Part shown: one piece after another, positions 10,167 to 20,041 of the stretch
How positions within the stretch are numbered: position 1 is the stretch's first letter
Layout of the letters: each line of letters opens with the position of its first letter
Assembly (NCBI GenBank): GCA_963839475.1
Contig: CAWIVH010000018.1
Span: 9,012-73,011, forward strand
Source: an uncultured Acidobacteriota bacterium
GTDB taxonomy: Bacteria > Acidobacteriota > UBA6911
Length of the DNA stretch: 64,000 bases
Direction: 5' to 3'
Notes under the pieces: model-generated
The model's input: the letters and a program-made list of their open reading frames with translations, nothing else
The model's database searches: none
What the model was told of the DNA's origin: nothing
Position numbers and translations under genes: made by a program

Positions 10167-11444
10167 CTAGGGCTGTCGAAAGCTGACGGTCCGGCGCGGC
10201 TCGGCTTTTGTTAGATTGACAACCTGATCTCTGTTGCCAGCGGTTATTTTGTGTTTTCCGAAGAATGCCCGGATCTCGCACCGGCCCTGGTCATCCGCAG
10301 TTCCGTCCCAATCTGTCCACCACTCACCGTAGATGAGATCTCTATAAGCCAAAGCAGCCGGGGTCTCGGACCAATCGCGTCGGAACAGGGACGATACCGG
10401 AATCCAGTTGGCCCCTTCCCAGAATCCCCACATCAGGATCCCTTCCACGGCAGGATGCGCGAAGCAGATGCGGTAGTATTCGGTGATGGCCTTCGCCTTG
10501 GCCCTCTCTTCCTCCTCACTCAGAACAGCGCCCTTTCGGCCGTAATACCGTGAGCGTTGCCCCGGAAAATTGAATTCCGTAACGCGCACCGGAAGCTTGA
10601 ACTGGGCAAGCCGGTCCAGAGCATTCTGCAGCACAACGGGATCGAAGGCATCTCCGTGCAGGTGCCCTTGTACTCCGATGCCGCCAATCGGCACTCCCTG
10701 GTCGAGGAAATTCCGGATTTGGGTGACATAATTCTCCAGGCGTACTCCCGTCAGAATATCGTAGTCGTTTAGGTAGAGGACGGCTTGCGGGTCCTCCTGG
10801 CGCATCCATAGCGCCATATCCCGGGTGATACCGGGTCCGAGTCGCTCCTCGTAGTAATTGCTGTGCACCATTTCGTTGTTCAGGTCATATTCCGCAAACC
10901 GCCCGCGATAGCGCCGCGCGATATCCACTGCCCGGGCCTTGAGGCACTCCCGCAATTCAATATTGCTCATGGTCTTCTGCCATGGCTGAACCCTGTTGGG
11001 GATGCCCCAGAAAACATTGTGGCCACGCAGCGGGATATCGTTTTGTGTGGTCCAGGCCAGAATGGAGTCCACAACCGTGTAATCCACCGCTCCCCGGCTC
11101 GGCTCCATGACATGCCATTTGAGGGCATTTTCGGTGACGCCACTATTGAAGTTTTCAAGAAAGGCTCTTTTGTACCTGGCAGCCTCCTCGGGATTTGCCT
11201 TGTCGGTAAACATCTGGCTTGCGAGCGCGGCACCGAACCAGAATTCGTGGCGCAACTGCCGGATATGGACACGGGCTCGGGGAGCAGCCTCGATCACCAG
11301 CGTGCCCATGCGGATCCGGCGGATGGAGTCGCTCAGGTTGGAATCGGCCCTGTTTTGATTCACTGCCACGCCCATACTGAATAAAAGCGCGATAGAGAAA
11401 CTGCAGATGAGCGGTTTTCTAGGATCCATGTTTTTGTTCTCCAA
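10167..11444 (-). CDS. Glycoside hydrolase family 10 endo-1,4-beta-xylanase (secreted)
   Basis: GH10 signature segments TENALKW, HNVFWG, YDLNNE and TEFN (catalytic Glu regions). The N-terminal LICSFSIALLFSMGVAVNQ is a signal peptide. Confidence 0.85.
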   Translation of the reverse strand: MENKNMDPRKPLICSFSIALLFSMGVAVNQNRADSNLSDSIRRIRMGTLVIEAAPRARVHIRQLRHEFWFGAALASQMFTDKANPEEAARYKRAFLENFNSGVTENALKWHVMEPSRGAVDYTVVDSILAWTTQNDIPLRGHNVFWGIPNRVQPWQKTMSNIELRECLKARAVDIARRYRGRFAEYDLNNEMVHSNYYEERLGPGITRDMALWMRQEDPQAVLYLNDYDILTGVRLENYVTQIRNFLDQGVPIGGIGVQGHLHGDAFDPVVLQNALDRLAQFKLPVRVTEFNFPGQRSRYYGRKGAVLSEEEERAKAKAITEYYRICFAHPAVEGILMWGFWEGANWIPVSSLFRRDWSETPAALAYRDLIYGEWWTDWDGTADDQGRCEIRAFFGKHKITAGNRDQVVNLTKAEPRRTVSFRQP

Positions 11445-11565
11445 GAAGAAGCATTGTACATCCTGGCATCGCTATTGGAGATCCGCCAAAGCTGGAAACA
11501 GGATGAGCCGGATGGCGAAATCCATGCTTGGGTCATGCAACATGCGGCGATCGGCCTCCTGGCTA

Positions 11566-13075
11566 ACTCCTGGATTCCTGGACACCCATCACTCGGAATC
11601 CTGGTGGGAATCCTGGACATCCATTTAGGAATGGACAATTTTGGCCTTATTTGTCTTGGCTCAATCGATGAATTCTCCATTAGATAAGTTGAATGGAGGG
11701 CAATATGGGTATGCCGCGCAGCAGATACGTGCAGGAAGGTGAGGAAGGTGTGTATCATTGCTATAGCCGTTGCGTTCGACGGGCATCCCTCTGTGGATTC
11801 GACCCGCTCACACGCAGGGATTTCTCCCATCGTAAGGCATGGTTGGTCGACAGATTAAGGTATCTTGCTGGAATCTTCGCGATCGATGTATGTGCATTCG
11901 CTGCATTGGTTACGCATTATCACACCATTCTCCGAACCCGCCCCGATATCGTTGAAGGTTGGTCGGATCGGGAAATAGCAGCCCGCTGGCTGATGCTTTT
12001 CCCCCGTCATCGCAGCCGAAGGAGTGTCATGGTACCGCCTCTGGAGGAGCAGATCCGTGCACTGGCAGATTGCCCGAATCGAATCGCCCAGCTGCGCAAG
12101 CGACTGTGTAGCCTGAGCTGGTTCATGGGCCAGCTGAACGAATTCATCGCGCGCAAGGCCAACAAAGAGGATGGGGTCAAGGGCCGATTCTGGGAAGGTC
12201 GCTTCAAATGCCAGGCTCTGCTCGATGAAGCCGCCATTGCGGCATGCATGGTGTACGTGGACCTCAATCCGATCCGGGCCGGACTGGCGCAAACCCCTGA
12301 GCAAAGTGACTTTACCAGCATTCAGGAGCGGATCCATGCCTGGCAGAATGAAACGATGACAGATACCTCGACGCCGACACAGACGATGGCTATAAATCCG
12401 CGATCCGACTCTGCTGACAATGGCGCGCAATCGCCGGACAGCAGCGCCGTGGACTCTTACCCTTTTTCCAAGCCGCCTCATGAAGTCACTCATTCCGTGG
12501 ATCGCACAACCAGCTCTGCGGATTGGCTTTGCCCCATTCAATCAGATTCCCATCGACGTGGAATCCTGAAGATGACTGCGACCGAATATTTTAACTTGGT
12601 GGACCTGTCGGGTCGTGTGATGCGATCGGATAAGTGGGGAGCAATCAATATCAACCTTGCGCCGATTCTGCTGCGAATAGGCGCCAAACCCGCAGCGTGG
12701 CTCGAAACTGTGTCACACTTTGGATCCAGATTCTGTCTCGCCGCCGGACGGCTTTCCAATCTGCGCAAATATGCTGATCGGATCGGCAGGAGGTGGCTGA
12801 AAGGCATTGCGGCAACTAGTTCAGCCTTCGAATTGTCACCGCCGCAAATGGCCTGACCCCACTGGCGCCCGGCAATTCCACAATCGCGATCTGCGACTAT
12901 CTTCTATCCAAGTCCCCTGCTGCTAGTATGCTTAGATTTCATCAACGCCGGTGACCGTCCTGCAGTCTTGGTTCCTGCCGTTTTTCTCTCCCAAAGGCCA
13001 GCGAATAGGGGAACCTAACGATTTCGGATGCCCAGGATCCTCATGATTCCCATGAATGTCGGGTGTCCAGCCAAT
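11566..13075. mobile_element. IS200/IS605-like or REP-associated (RAYT-like) HUH transposase unit. One gene is bracketed by inverted copies of a GGAATCCTGGACACCC-type motif.
   Basis: Upstream at 11570-11625, plus orientation: ggattcctggacacccatca and ggaatcctggacatccat. Downstream at 13031-13070, reverse orientation: cccaggatcc ... gggtgtccag. The same GGACACCC core occurs in the array at 5041-5193. Confidence 0.5.
11705..12856 (+). CDS. HUH/Y1 transposase, IS200-like / REP-associated tyrosine transposase (RAYT)-like, with a ~160-aa C-terminal extension
   Basis: HUH motif HYHTIL. Candidate catalytic Tyr in MVYVDLNPIRAGL (the Y..NP[IV][RK]AGL helix of COG1943-type proteins). Also FWEGRF and an N-terminal YHCYSRCV strand. 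RBS ggaggg upstream. Confidence 0.65.
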   Translation: MGMPRSRYVQEGEEGVYHCYSRCVRRASLCGFDPLTRRDFSHRKAWLVDRLRYLAGIFAIDVCAFAALVTHYHTILRTRPDIVEGWSDREIAARWLMLFPRHRSRRSVMVPPLEEQIRALADCPNRIAQLRKRLCSLSWFMGQLNEFIARKANKEDGVKGRFWEGRFKCQALLDEAAIAACMVYVDLNPIRAGLAQTPEQSDFTSIQERIHAWQNETMTDTSTPTQTMAINPRSDSADNGAQSPDSSAVDSYPFSKPPHEVTHSVDRTTSSADWLCPIQSDSHRRGILKMTATEYFNLVDLSGRVMRSDKWGAININLAPILLRIGAKPAAWLETVSHFGSRFCLAAGRLSNLRKYADRIGRRWLKGIAATSSAFELSPPQMA

Positions 13076-13131
13076 CCATCCAATACCCACCCAATAAATC
13101 CAAGGAACTGGTTAACGATTCTGATCACTTG

Positions 13132-13192
13132 CCGGAGGACAATGAAAGGGACAAGATCCTGCCGTAGGACAACGAGAGGGACAAGATACTCT
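13132..13192. repeat. 2 x ~30-bp direct repeat (aggacaaYgaRagggacaagatMct)
   Basis: Two adjacent near-identical 30-mers lie just downstream of the right REP-like end. Confidence 0.6.
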
Positions 13193-13284
13193 GGACTGCC
13201 ATGTGGCTCGGCTCAAAATCCATGCGCCGGAATTTATTCATCCTCCAAGTCAAAAAGCTACCCTTGTGTTATAAGCTCTTGCCC

Positions 13285-14604
13285 ATGACTCGATTATTTC
13301 CTGGTTTTGCCGTCCGTATCTTGACTTGCCTCCTTCTGACAACTGTGGTTCGGAGCGGAATGGCTCCGGCACAGTCCGCAGTAACATTCTTTAAGTTCGA
13401 TTTCGGTCCGGGACGCGTTGAGACCGGGCGCATCAGAATCCTGCCGGAGACGACTTACAATAAAGACCGTCGCTACGGCTTTGATCGAGGATCAACTACA
13501 GTTGCCGCTACGGAAGACATTGGTGCCGGAGGAATCAGTTTTTGTACAGCCGAAAAACCTTTTTTCTTTTCCGCAGATCTGCCCGAAGGAAATTACCGGG
13601 TTGCGGTTACCTTGGGAGATCCGGCCGGCGAATCCATTACCACGGTCAAGGCAGAATTGCGGCGTCTCATGCTCGAAAACGTGCATACCGCACGTGGAAA
13701 GATCGAAACCCGCACCTTTATGGTGAATGTCCGCAATCCGCGGATCACCGGGGGTGGCGAGGTTCGCTTGAAAGACCGGGAAAAAAACCAGGAAGCGGCC
13801 GCATGGGACGAAAAACTGACCTTGGAGTTCAATGGGGCGCGTCCCTGCATTGGCGCCCTGGAAATCACCAAAGTTGAAGATGCAGTGACTGTCTACGTGC
13901 TGGGCGACTCGACCGTCTGCGATCAGCCGGCAGAACCTTGGAACAGCTGGGGGCAAATGCTTCCCCGGTTCTTCAAACCCGGCGTTGTGATTGCCAATCA
14001 TGCCGAGTCGGGTGAGTCGCTGAAAAGCTCGCTGGGCGCCGGGCGCCTCGACAAGGTCCTGAGCACGATGAAAGCCGGAGATTACCTTTTCATCCAGTAT
14101 GGCCACAACGACATGAAGGAGAAAGGCGAAGGGATCGGCGCCTTTACATCCTACAAGGACGACTTGAAGCGCTTTATCACCAGCGCACGCGAACGTGGCG
14201 GAATCCCCGTGCTCGTGACCTCAATGCACCGGAGAACCTTTGATGACAAGGGCAAAATAACCAACTCATTGGGGGATTACCCTGATGCGGTGCGCCAGGC
14301 AGCCCGTGAGGAAAATACGGCGCTTATCGACCTAAATGCTATGAGTAAGGTGTTTTATGAAGCCCTCGGGCCAGTGAATTCCAAAGTGGCCTTTGTCGAC
14401 GGCACTCACCACAATGCCTACGGAAGCTACGAACTCGCAAAATGCGTGGTGGAAGGAATCAAGGCAAATAAGCTGGGCCTGGCGAAGTTCGTGGTGGACG
14501 AAGCCCTCACGCCTTTCGATCCTTCCCACCCCGATCCCGCGGCCAGTTTCAACGTGCCTCCCAGCCTGGCCGTAACGCGTCAGGCACCCGAGGGGAAGGA
14601 TTGA
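13285..14604 (+). CDS. Rhamnogalacturonan acetylesterase-like SGNH hydrolase (CE12) with an N-terminal beta-sandwich (binding?) domain
   Basis: SGNH block I VYVLGDSTVCD; block V DGTHHN; GWGQ; HNDMK (block III-like). Signal peptide MTRLFPGFAVRILTCLLLTTVVRSGMAPAQS. Resembles RhgT/YesY-type esterases. Confidence 0.8.
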   Translation: MTRLFPGFAVRILTCLLLTTVVRSGMAPAQSAVTFFKFDFGPGRVETGRIRILPETTYNKDRRYGFDRGSTTVAATEDIGAGGISFCTAEKPFFFSADLPEGNYRVAVTLGDPAGESITTVKAELRRLMLENVHTARGKIETRTFMVNVRNPRITGGGEVRLKDREKNQEAAAWDEKLTLEFNGARPCIGALEITKVEDAVTVYVLGDSTVCDQPAEPWNSWGQMLPRFFKPGVVIANHAESGESLKSSLGAGRLDKVLSTMKAGDYLFIQYGHNDMKEKGEGIGAFTSYKDDLKRFITSARERGGIPVLVTSMHRRTFDDKGKITNSLGDYPDAVRQAAREENTALIDLNAMSKVFYEALGPVNSKVAFVDGTHHNAYGSYELAKCVVEGIKANKLGLAKFVVDEALTPFDPSHPDPAASFNVPPSLAVTRQAPEGKD

Positions 14605-14687
14605 AGAAGAAGGTGAGCGAAATTTCAATTGATCCTTCGCGCCTCTCAGTACAAACTTAAAATATAACTTCGGGCAGGGGAAAAAGA

Positions 14688-15359
14688 ATGAGATCGGGAA
14701 GCATCCGTACCGCGAGAGGTCCAATTTACGCTTTGCTGATCTGTGTCCTGGTCGCGGGATTTCATGCGGCGGCCAAGTCCCAGGGAACGTATCGTCAGCC
14801 GGAAGCGAGCGAGTACATCAAAATCCTCGAAGATCCGCACCGGATCGACCGACTTCGACCCGCCGAAATAATTAAAACCATAGGTTTGAAACCGGGGGAT
14901 ATCGTGGCTGATATCGGCTCGGGCTCGGGCCTGTTCACCCGTGCGATGGCACGGAGCGTTGCACCGGCCGGGAGGGTTTATGCCGTCGACATCGACAAGA
15001 ACCTTCTGGCTTACGTGACAAAAGTAGCCGCTGACCAGGGAATCACGAACATCACCACGATACTGGCTCCTGAAGAGTCTCCATCCCTGCCGCCCCGCTC
15101 GCTCGATGTCGCCTTGATCTGCGACACGCTGCACCACATCGCCAAGCGTCAAACCTATCTCAAGAATCTCAAACCCTGCTTGAAACCGGAAGGCCGACTC
15201 GTGATCATCGACTTTTCCGACGGCTGGCCAACGGGGCACGAATCGCTGCGATACAGCCTCTCAGATTTGAACGGCTGGACGGATGCCGCGGGTTTTGTAA
15301 AGGTCGCAGAGTACAACTCGATCGAGGGTAACTTTTTTAATATCTATAAGATTCGCTGA
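14688..15359 (+). CDS. Class I SAM-dependent methyltransferase with signal peptide
   Basis: Motif I VADIGSGSGLF; acidic motif II VYAVDID. Confidence 0.8.
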   Translation: MRSGSIRTARGPIYALLICVLVAGFHAAAKSQGTYRQPEASEYIKILEDPHRIDRLRPAEIIKTIGLKPGDIVADIGSGSGLFTRAMARSVAPAGRVYAVDIDKNLLAYVTKVAADQGITNITTILAPEESPSLPPRSLDVALICDTLHHIAKRQTYLKNLKPCLKPEGRLVIIDFSDGWPTGHESLRYSLSDLNGWTDAAGFVKVAEYNSIEGNFFNIYKIR

Positions 15360-15524
15360 ACCCGGCAGCACAGGGTATTCCACGGTTGCCGCAAAGTCGG
15401 GCAAAAACATAGGTATGGAGCAACTCCTGCAGATGATCCACCAGGAACCATTGACACTTTTCAGCAAAACTCGCATCTAATGTAGAAAGGATTCGGGATA
15501 GAAATCCGCAAAAAGGAAGCGACA

Positions 15525-15695
15525 TGCTGCACCATCTGTGGTGGTTCATCGTTGGAGTCTGGATTGGTAGTTTCTTTACATTGGTGATGGTCGGGCTCAT
15601 GAGAAGAAACAGCGCGGAGCCTAAGCAGCACGATGAAATATCAGCGCCACACAATCAGGTCGTAAAAATAGATAGGATCCATGACGCGGCGTGAA
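15525..15695 (+). CDS. Small single-TM membrane protein (56 aa)
   Basis: MLHHLWWFIVGVWIGSFFTLVMVGLMRRN.. with RBS aaggaag 6 nt upstream. It is below the 60-aa threshold of the ORF track. Confidence 0.3.
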
Positions 15696-16194
15696 AACGT
15701 GGCGTTTTCGCCGAGGATGCCGCTTGCAGGCAGAACCTGTACTTTCGGGGGATACCTTCGAATTCAGTCCATCAAGGGAGTTCGATTGCCGTCATCACTC
15801 CACATCCGACATTCATTGGACGAGATACATTCCCCTGCTCATGGACCGTGGCCGGGTAAATGCCAGGCCAGTCTCACGATTGCCACCCGGGCTGAGGAGT
15901 TCAGCAAGGTCCTCTGCCAATAAATTCGCTCACTTGCGAGCCCGCATACTCAGGCAGAATCGCGAACATCCAATGCACCTGATCCGGTTATAGCGGGCCA
16001 CACGGATTCGACCGTCCAGTCTCTCATCTCAAACTGATATCCAAGCCAAAATCGCGAGTGACCCGGTCGCTCCAATCCTTATTGTCAACGGCACCGAATA
16101 CTACCCATTCCTTGTCGCTCCTGGAATCTTGCTCCGCGCCGGGACAATGCAAATTCGTTACTCTGCCCGATAGGCATGAATCCGGCGCTCTTGA

Positions 16195-16240
16195 CTCCTG
16201 AATATGACTAGAATATGATTTTGGTCATAAGTCATTATGA
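16195..16240. promoter_or_regulatory. Candidate TetR operator: an AT-rich inverted repeat directly upstream of the TetR gene
   Basis: In tgaatATGACTAgaatatgattttgGTCATaAGTCATtatg, the ATGAC..GTCAT half-sites overlap the start region of 16237..16866. Confidence 0.35.
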
Positions 16241-16866
16241 GACACATCGCCAGGCGTGAAGACATCAGGGACCTGATACTGGACGCGGTGGACGCCCTCC
16301 TGGCCAGATACGGTTATCAAAAAATGACCATGGATGACGTCGCCCGCCAGGTGGGAATCGGCAAGGGCACCATCTATCTTCATTTTCTCGGAAAGGAAGA
16401 TCTAATTCTTTCCCACATCGATCGCATTGCGAGTCGGGTTGCCGCCCGCCTCAGGGAGATCGCCTCCCTGCCGGCCCCGCCCGGCCAGCGACTCCGCGCC
16501 ATGCTCGAAGCCCGCGTCCTGCTCCGTTTCGACAGCGTATTCCATTATTCCCAGAACCTCAGCGACCTCCTGTCCTCGGTCCGCACCGCTCTCCTGGCCC
16601 GCCGGGAAACTTATTTCAAAACTGAAGCCGGGGTATTTGAGAAGGTACTCCGTGAGGGCATTCGCGCCGGGAGTCTCGACTGCACCGATGCAAAATCGGC
16701 GGCGCGAGTCCTTGTCCAGTGCACCAACTCGCTTCTCCCCTTCAGCCTTTCCGCTCGCGAGCTGGGTCAACGGAAAGAGGTGGAGGCGCAAGTCGGTAGC
16801 ATCGCCGACTTGCTCATCAGGGGCCTGACCCCATGTCCGGAGCGCTCCGCCCCGCGAAAGCGCTGA
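16237..16866 (+). CDS. TetR/AcrR family transcriptional regulator
   Basis: N-terminal HTH segment MTMDDVARQVGIGKGTIYLHF. Confidence 0.85.
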   Translation: MRHIARREDIRDLILDAVDALLARYGYQKMTMDDVARQVGIGKGTIYLHFLGKEDLILSHIDRIASRVAARLREIASLPAPPGQRLRAMLEARVLLRFDSVFHYSQNLSDLLSSVRTALLARRETYFKTEAGVFEKVLREGIRAGSLDCTDAKSAARVLVQCTNSLLPFSLSARELGQRKEVEAQVGSIADLLIRGLTPCPERSAPRKR

Positions 16867-16902
16867 AACGGTCCAAATCGATCGAACCTGAGGAGGTTCA
16901 TC

Positions 16903-18399
16903 ATGAGACGATCGAAAATCCAATGGGTATTCGCTCTCTGGTTGAGCATGTTGCTTGCCGTGCCGGCCGTCTTTCCCCAACAACCGGCTGCCCCGGCTTT
17001 TAAAGACACAACGGCCCTGCCAGAAGGTGCAACCGGGGCACGTATCAAGGCATTCATCGAAACCATCAATTCCGCGAGTCCCGGGCGTGTCCGCCATTTC
17101 TTGAATAACGAGTGCTCTAAAGAATTCCGGGAAATGGTCCCGATCGATGAACACATTGCCACGCTCCTCGGATTCAACCGGGATACGGGAGGCATCGATT
17201 TTTACTCCGTCCGTTCGTACGCACCGGAGCGCCGGGGCGAGACCGTGGTCATCGTCAAGGACCGGATCATGGGGAGTTGGAGGGGAATCAGCTTCAAGTT
17301 CGGCCCGGCACCGGAAAATCCTGTCGCAGGCCTTGGGATGAGTCCTGCCCGCACTCCCGCGGGAATTTCCGAACCGCCGTTGACCGAGAAGGAAGCCATC
17401 GACGAGATCCGATCTCTCATGGTCAGACTGAAATCCAAAGATTGGTACTCGGGAACGGTTCTTATCGCCAAGGGCGCCAATGTGCTCCTGACCGATTTCG
17501 CCGGTGAAGCCAGCAAGTCCTATCATGTTCCTAACAATCTCGACACCAAGTTCAACCTCGGTTCGATGAACAAGATGTTCACATCCATCGCCATCGCAAG
17601 ACTGGTCGAGGCCGGCAGGCTTTCATTTGACGATAGCATTGCCAAGTTTATCGACGAGAGCTGGCTGCCCAAGGCGGTTACGGAGAAGATCACTGTCCGC
17701 CATCTCATAACCCATACGTCGGGCTTGGGCAGCTATTTCAACGATATGTACGACAAAAGCTCGCGCGCGAATTTCCGCAAACTCGATGACTACAGGCCTC
17801 TGATCAAGGACGACAAGCCCGCTTTCACTCCCGGAGAAAAGTTCCGGTACAGCAACACCGGGATGTTCCTGCTCGGAGTCATCATCGAAAAAGTCTCGGG
17901 CGAGGATTATTTCGACCATATCCGCAAGGTGATCTACAAGCCGGCCGGAATGGTCAACTCTGATTCGTATGAAATGGATTACCCGGTTGAAAACTTGGCC
18001 ATTGGTTATAGCCCCGACTGGGTGAGCCCTTACAAATGGCAGAACAATCTGTACAAGCACGTCCTGAAAGGCGGGCCGGCAGGCGGCGGTTTTTCAACCG
18101 TTACCGACCTTCACAGGTTTTCCCTGGCCCTGCTGTCCGGCAAGTTAGCCTCCAAGCCCATGCTGGACAGGATGTGGACGGATTACAAAGGGGAAAGTTA
18201 CGGCTATGGCTTCGGAGTCGCCCAGGGCCCGATGGGAAAAGTTGTCGGCCACGGCGGAGGATTTCCCGGCATCAATTCTCAGCTCGATATTTACGTTGAC
18301 TCAGGCTACATCGTTGCCGCGATGTCCAACTACGACAACGGCGCATCCCCGCTGGCCGGCAAGATCGGCAAAATCCTGGCTCGAGTGAAAACGCAATAG
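16903..18399 (+). CDS. Beta-lactamase-family serine hydrolase (class C / PBP-like esterase), secreted
   Basis: SxxK motif SMNKMF. Also ITHTSGLG and the YxN region. Signal peptide MRRSKIQWVFALWLSMLLAVPAVFPQ. Confidence 0.85.
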   Translation: MRRSKIQWVFALWLSMLLAVPAVFPQQPAAPAFKDTTALPEGATGARIKAFIETINSASPGRVRHFLNNECSKEFREMVPIDEHIATLLGFNRDTGGIDFYSVRSYAPERRGETVVIVKDRIMGSWRGISFKFGPAPENPVAGLGMSPARTPAGISEPPLTEKEAIDEIRSLMVRLKSKDWYSGTVLIAKGANVLLTDFAGEASKSYHVPNNLDTKFNLGSMNKMFTSIAIARLVEAGRLSFDDSIAKFIDESWLPKAVTEKITVRHLITHTSGLGSYFNDMYDKSSRANFRKLDDYRPLIKDDKPAFTPGEKFRYSNTGMFLLGVIIEKVSGEDYFDHIRKVIYKPAGMVNSDSYEMDYPVENLAIGYSPDWVSPYKWQNNLYKHVLKGGPAGGGFSTVTDLHRFSLALLSGKLASKPMLDRMWTDYKGESYGYGFGVAQGPMGKVVGHGGGFPGINSQLDIYVDSGYIVAAMSNYDNGASPLAGKIGKILARVKTQ

Positions 18400-18414
18400 A
18401 CAAGGAGAATTCAG

Positions 18415-19758
18415 ATGTTCATCGAATCGATTCGTCGGCTACTCGTGCTTTATTCCTGGCTGGCTCTGGTCGGCCCGCTTGCGTACGGCCAGTCACAGCC
18501 GGCAGCGCCTCCCCTGGACGCCGCCCGCAAGGAGGCCGTAATCGACGAAGTCGCTTCATTGCTCAACAAAAACTATATCTTCCTTGATACCGCCAGGAAG
18601 CTGGAGGATGCCCTCCGCACCGCGGCAAAAAACCGCGATTTCGACAAATCGGGCGACGCCCGATCATTCGCCCAGGCTGTTTCCCGGATCTTATTGGACG
18701 TGGGCAAAGACAGGCACATGGGGTTTGTTTACGCTCCGGATATGGCCGCGGACATCCGCAAAATGAGAGGACAGAGCGAAGCAGAGGCTCAAAAGGTCCG
18801 GGAGCGGCAGCTCCAGCAAGCCCAACGAGAGAATTTCGGTTTCCGCAAAGTGGAGCTTCTCCCGGGAAATATTGGCTATCTGGATTTCCGCGTGTTCGCC
18901 TCCCCGGATCAAGCCGGCCCGACGGCGATCGCGGCTCTCAATTTCCTGGCCCATTGTGACGCTATCATCATAGACCTCCGCCAGAACGGCGGGGGAGACC
19001 CGGCTCAGATTCAGCTCATCGCCAGTTATTTCTTTCCCGAGATGACCCACCTCAACGATATCTACTTCCGCGAGGGTGACCGGATGGAGAACTTCTGGAC
19101 CCTGCCGTTCGTCCCCGGCGCAAAACCGGTTCACGCCGAGCTCTTCATCCTCACCAGTTCCCGGACATTTTCGGGAGCGGAGGAATTCACCTACAACATG
19201 AAAAACTTAAAAAGGGCAACTGTGATCGGCGAGACAACAGGCGGCGGCGCTCACCCCACCAGGCCAATGATCGTGCAGAACGATTTTGTTTTGCGAGTGC
19301 CATTCGCCCGCGCTATCAATCCGATTTCCAAGACCAACTGGGAGGGTACCGGTGTCACGCCGGACATCGCGGTACCGGCAGCCGAGGCCTATGACAGGGC
19401 GTATACCCTGGCAGTGGAGAAACTTCGCACCAAGGCATCTGATCCAGGGCTAAAGGCACGGTACGAGTGGATCCTGGACGGACTCAAAGCCAAAACCAGC
19501 CCGGCGAAGGTTGATGAAAAAACGCTGCAAACCTACGCCGGAACTTACGGCGAGCGCAAGGTCACTTTCGAAAACGGAGTCCTTTACTACCAGCGGACCG
19601 GGCCGAAATACCGGCTGGCTCCCATGACCCAGTATCTTTTTGAGCTCGAAGGCCTTGATAACTTCCGGGTAGAATTCGTGGTGAAGGAGGGCAAACCGGT
19701 CGAGCTCGTCGGGCACTACGACAATGGGACGCACGAGCCTTCGCCGAGGACGAATTAA
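18415..19758 (+). CDS. S41-family peptidase (tail-specific / tricorn-core-like), secreted
   Basis: IIIDLRQNGGG, GYLDFRVF, and catalytic-Ser region LTSSRTFSGAEEF. Signal peptide present. Confidence 0.75.
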   Translation: MFIESIRRLLVLYSWLALVGPLAYGQSQPAAPPLDAARKEAVIDEVASLLNKNYIFLDTARKLEDALRTAAKNRDFDKSGDARSFAQAVSRILLDVGKDRHMGFVYAPDMAADIRKMRGQSEAEAQKVRERQLQQAQRENFGFRKVELLPGNIGYLDFRVFASPDQAGPTAIAALNFLAHCDAIIIDLRQNGGGDPAQIQLIASYFFPEMTHLNDIYFREGDRMENFWTLPFVPGAKPVHAELFILTSSRTFSGAEEFTYNMKNLKRATVIGETTGGGAHPTRPMIVQNDFVLRVPFARAINPISKTNWEGTGVTPDIAVPAAEAYDRAYTLAVEKLRTKASDPGLKARYEWILDGLKAKTSPAKVDEKTLQTYAGTYGERKVTFENGVLYYQRTGPKYRLAPMTQYLFELEGLDNFRVEFVVKEGKPVELVGHYDNGTHEPSPRTN

Positions 19759-20041
19759 TAAAAAGGAAAGACGAAATTTGGAGCGCCGAGTCCAATTCCG
19801 AGCAGAACTTCCGCTTAGGTCGGAAATTTGTCCCAGGACTGCGGTATTGGAGCGGGCCCGTCCATCTGGGCCTGAGCTGAAGCCCGGACCGACACGGAGG
19901 AGGAGCCAAGGCATCCAGCTTTAGACCTTAGAATACCAGCCTGGCTTGCGGTTACGGGAAATCAAACCTCAAAAGCCCGATAAAACCTGCATCCGTGCGT
20001 GAGACGCATCTCGGTTCATTGCCCGGAAGAACTGGGATACA

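Noticed and set aside
11360-11830. 156-aa minus-strand ORF and small plus ORFs (11407-11687) between the xylanase and the transposase
   Set aside because: They overlap the REP-like repeat region and the transposase start. Their translations are repeat-driven (for example WIPGHPSLGILVGILDIHLGMDNFG).
16402-17526. 374-aa minus-strand ORF across TetR and the beta-lactamase-family hydrolase gene
   Set aside because: It spans two independently supported plus-strand genes and the intergenic gap. It has no domain signatures.
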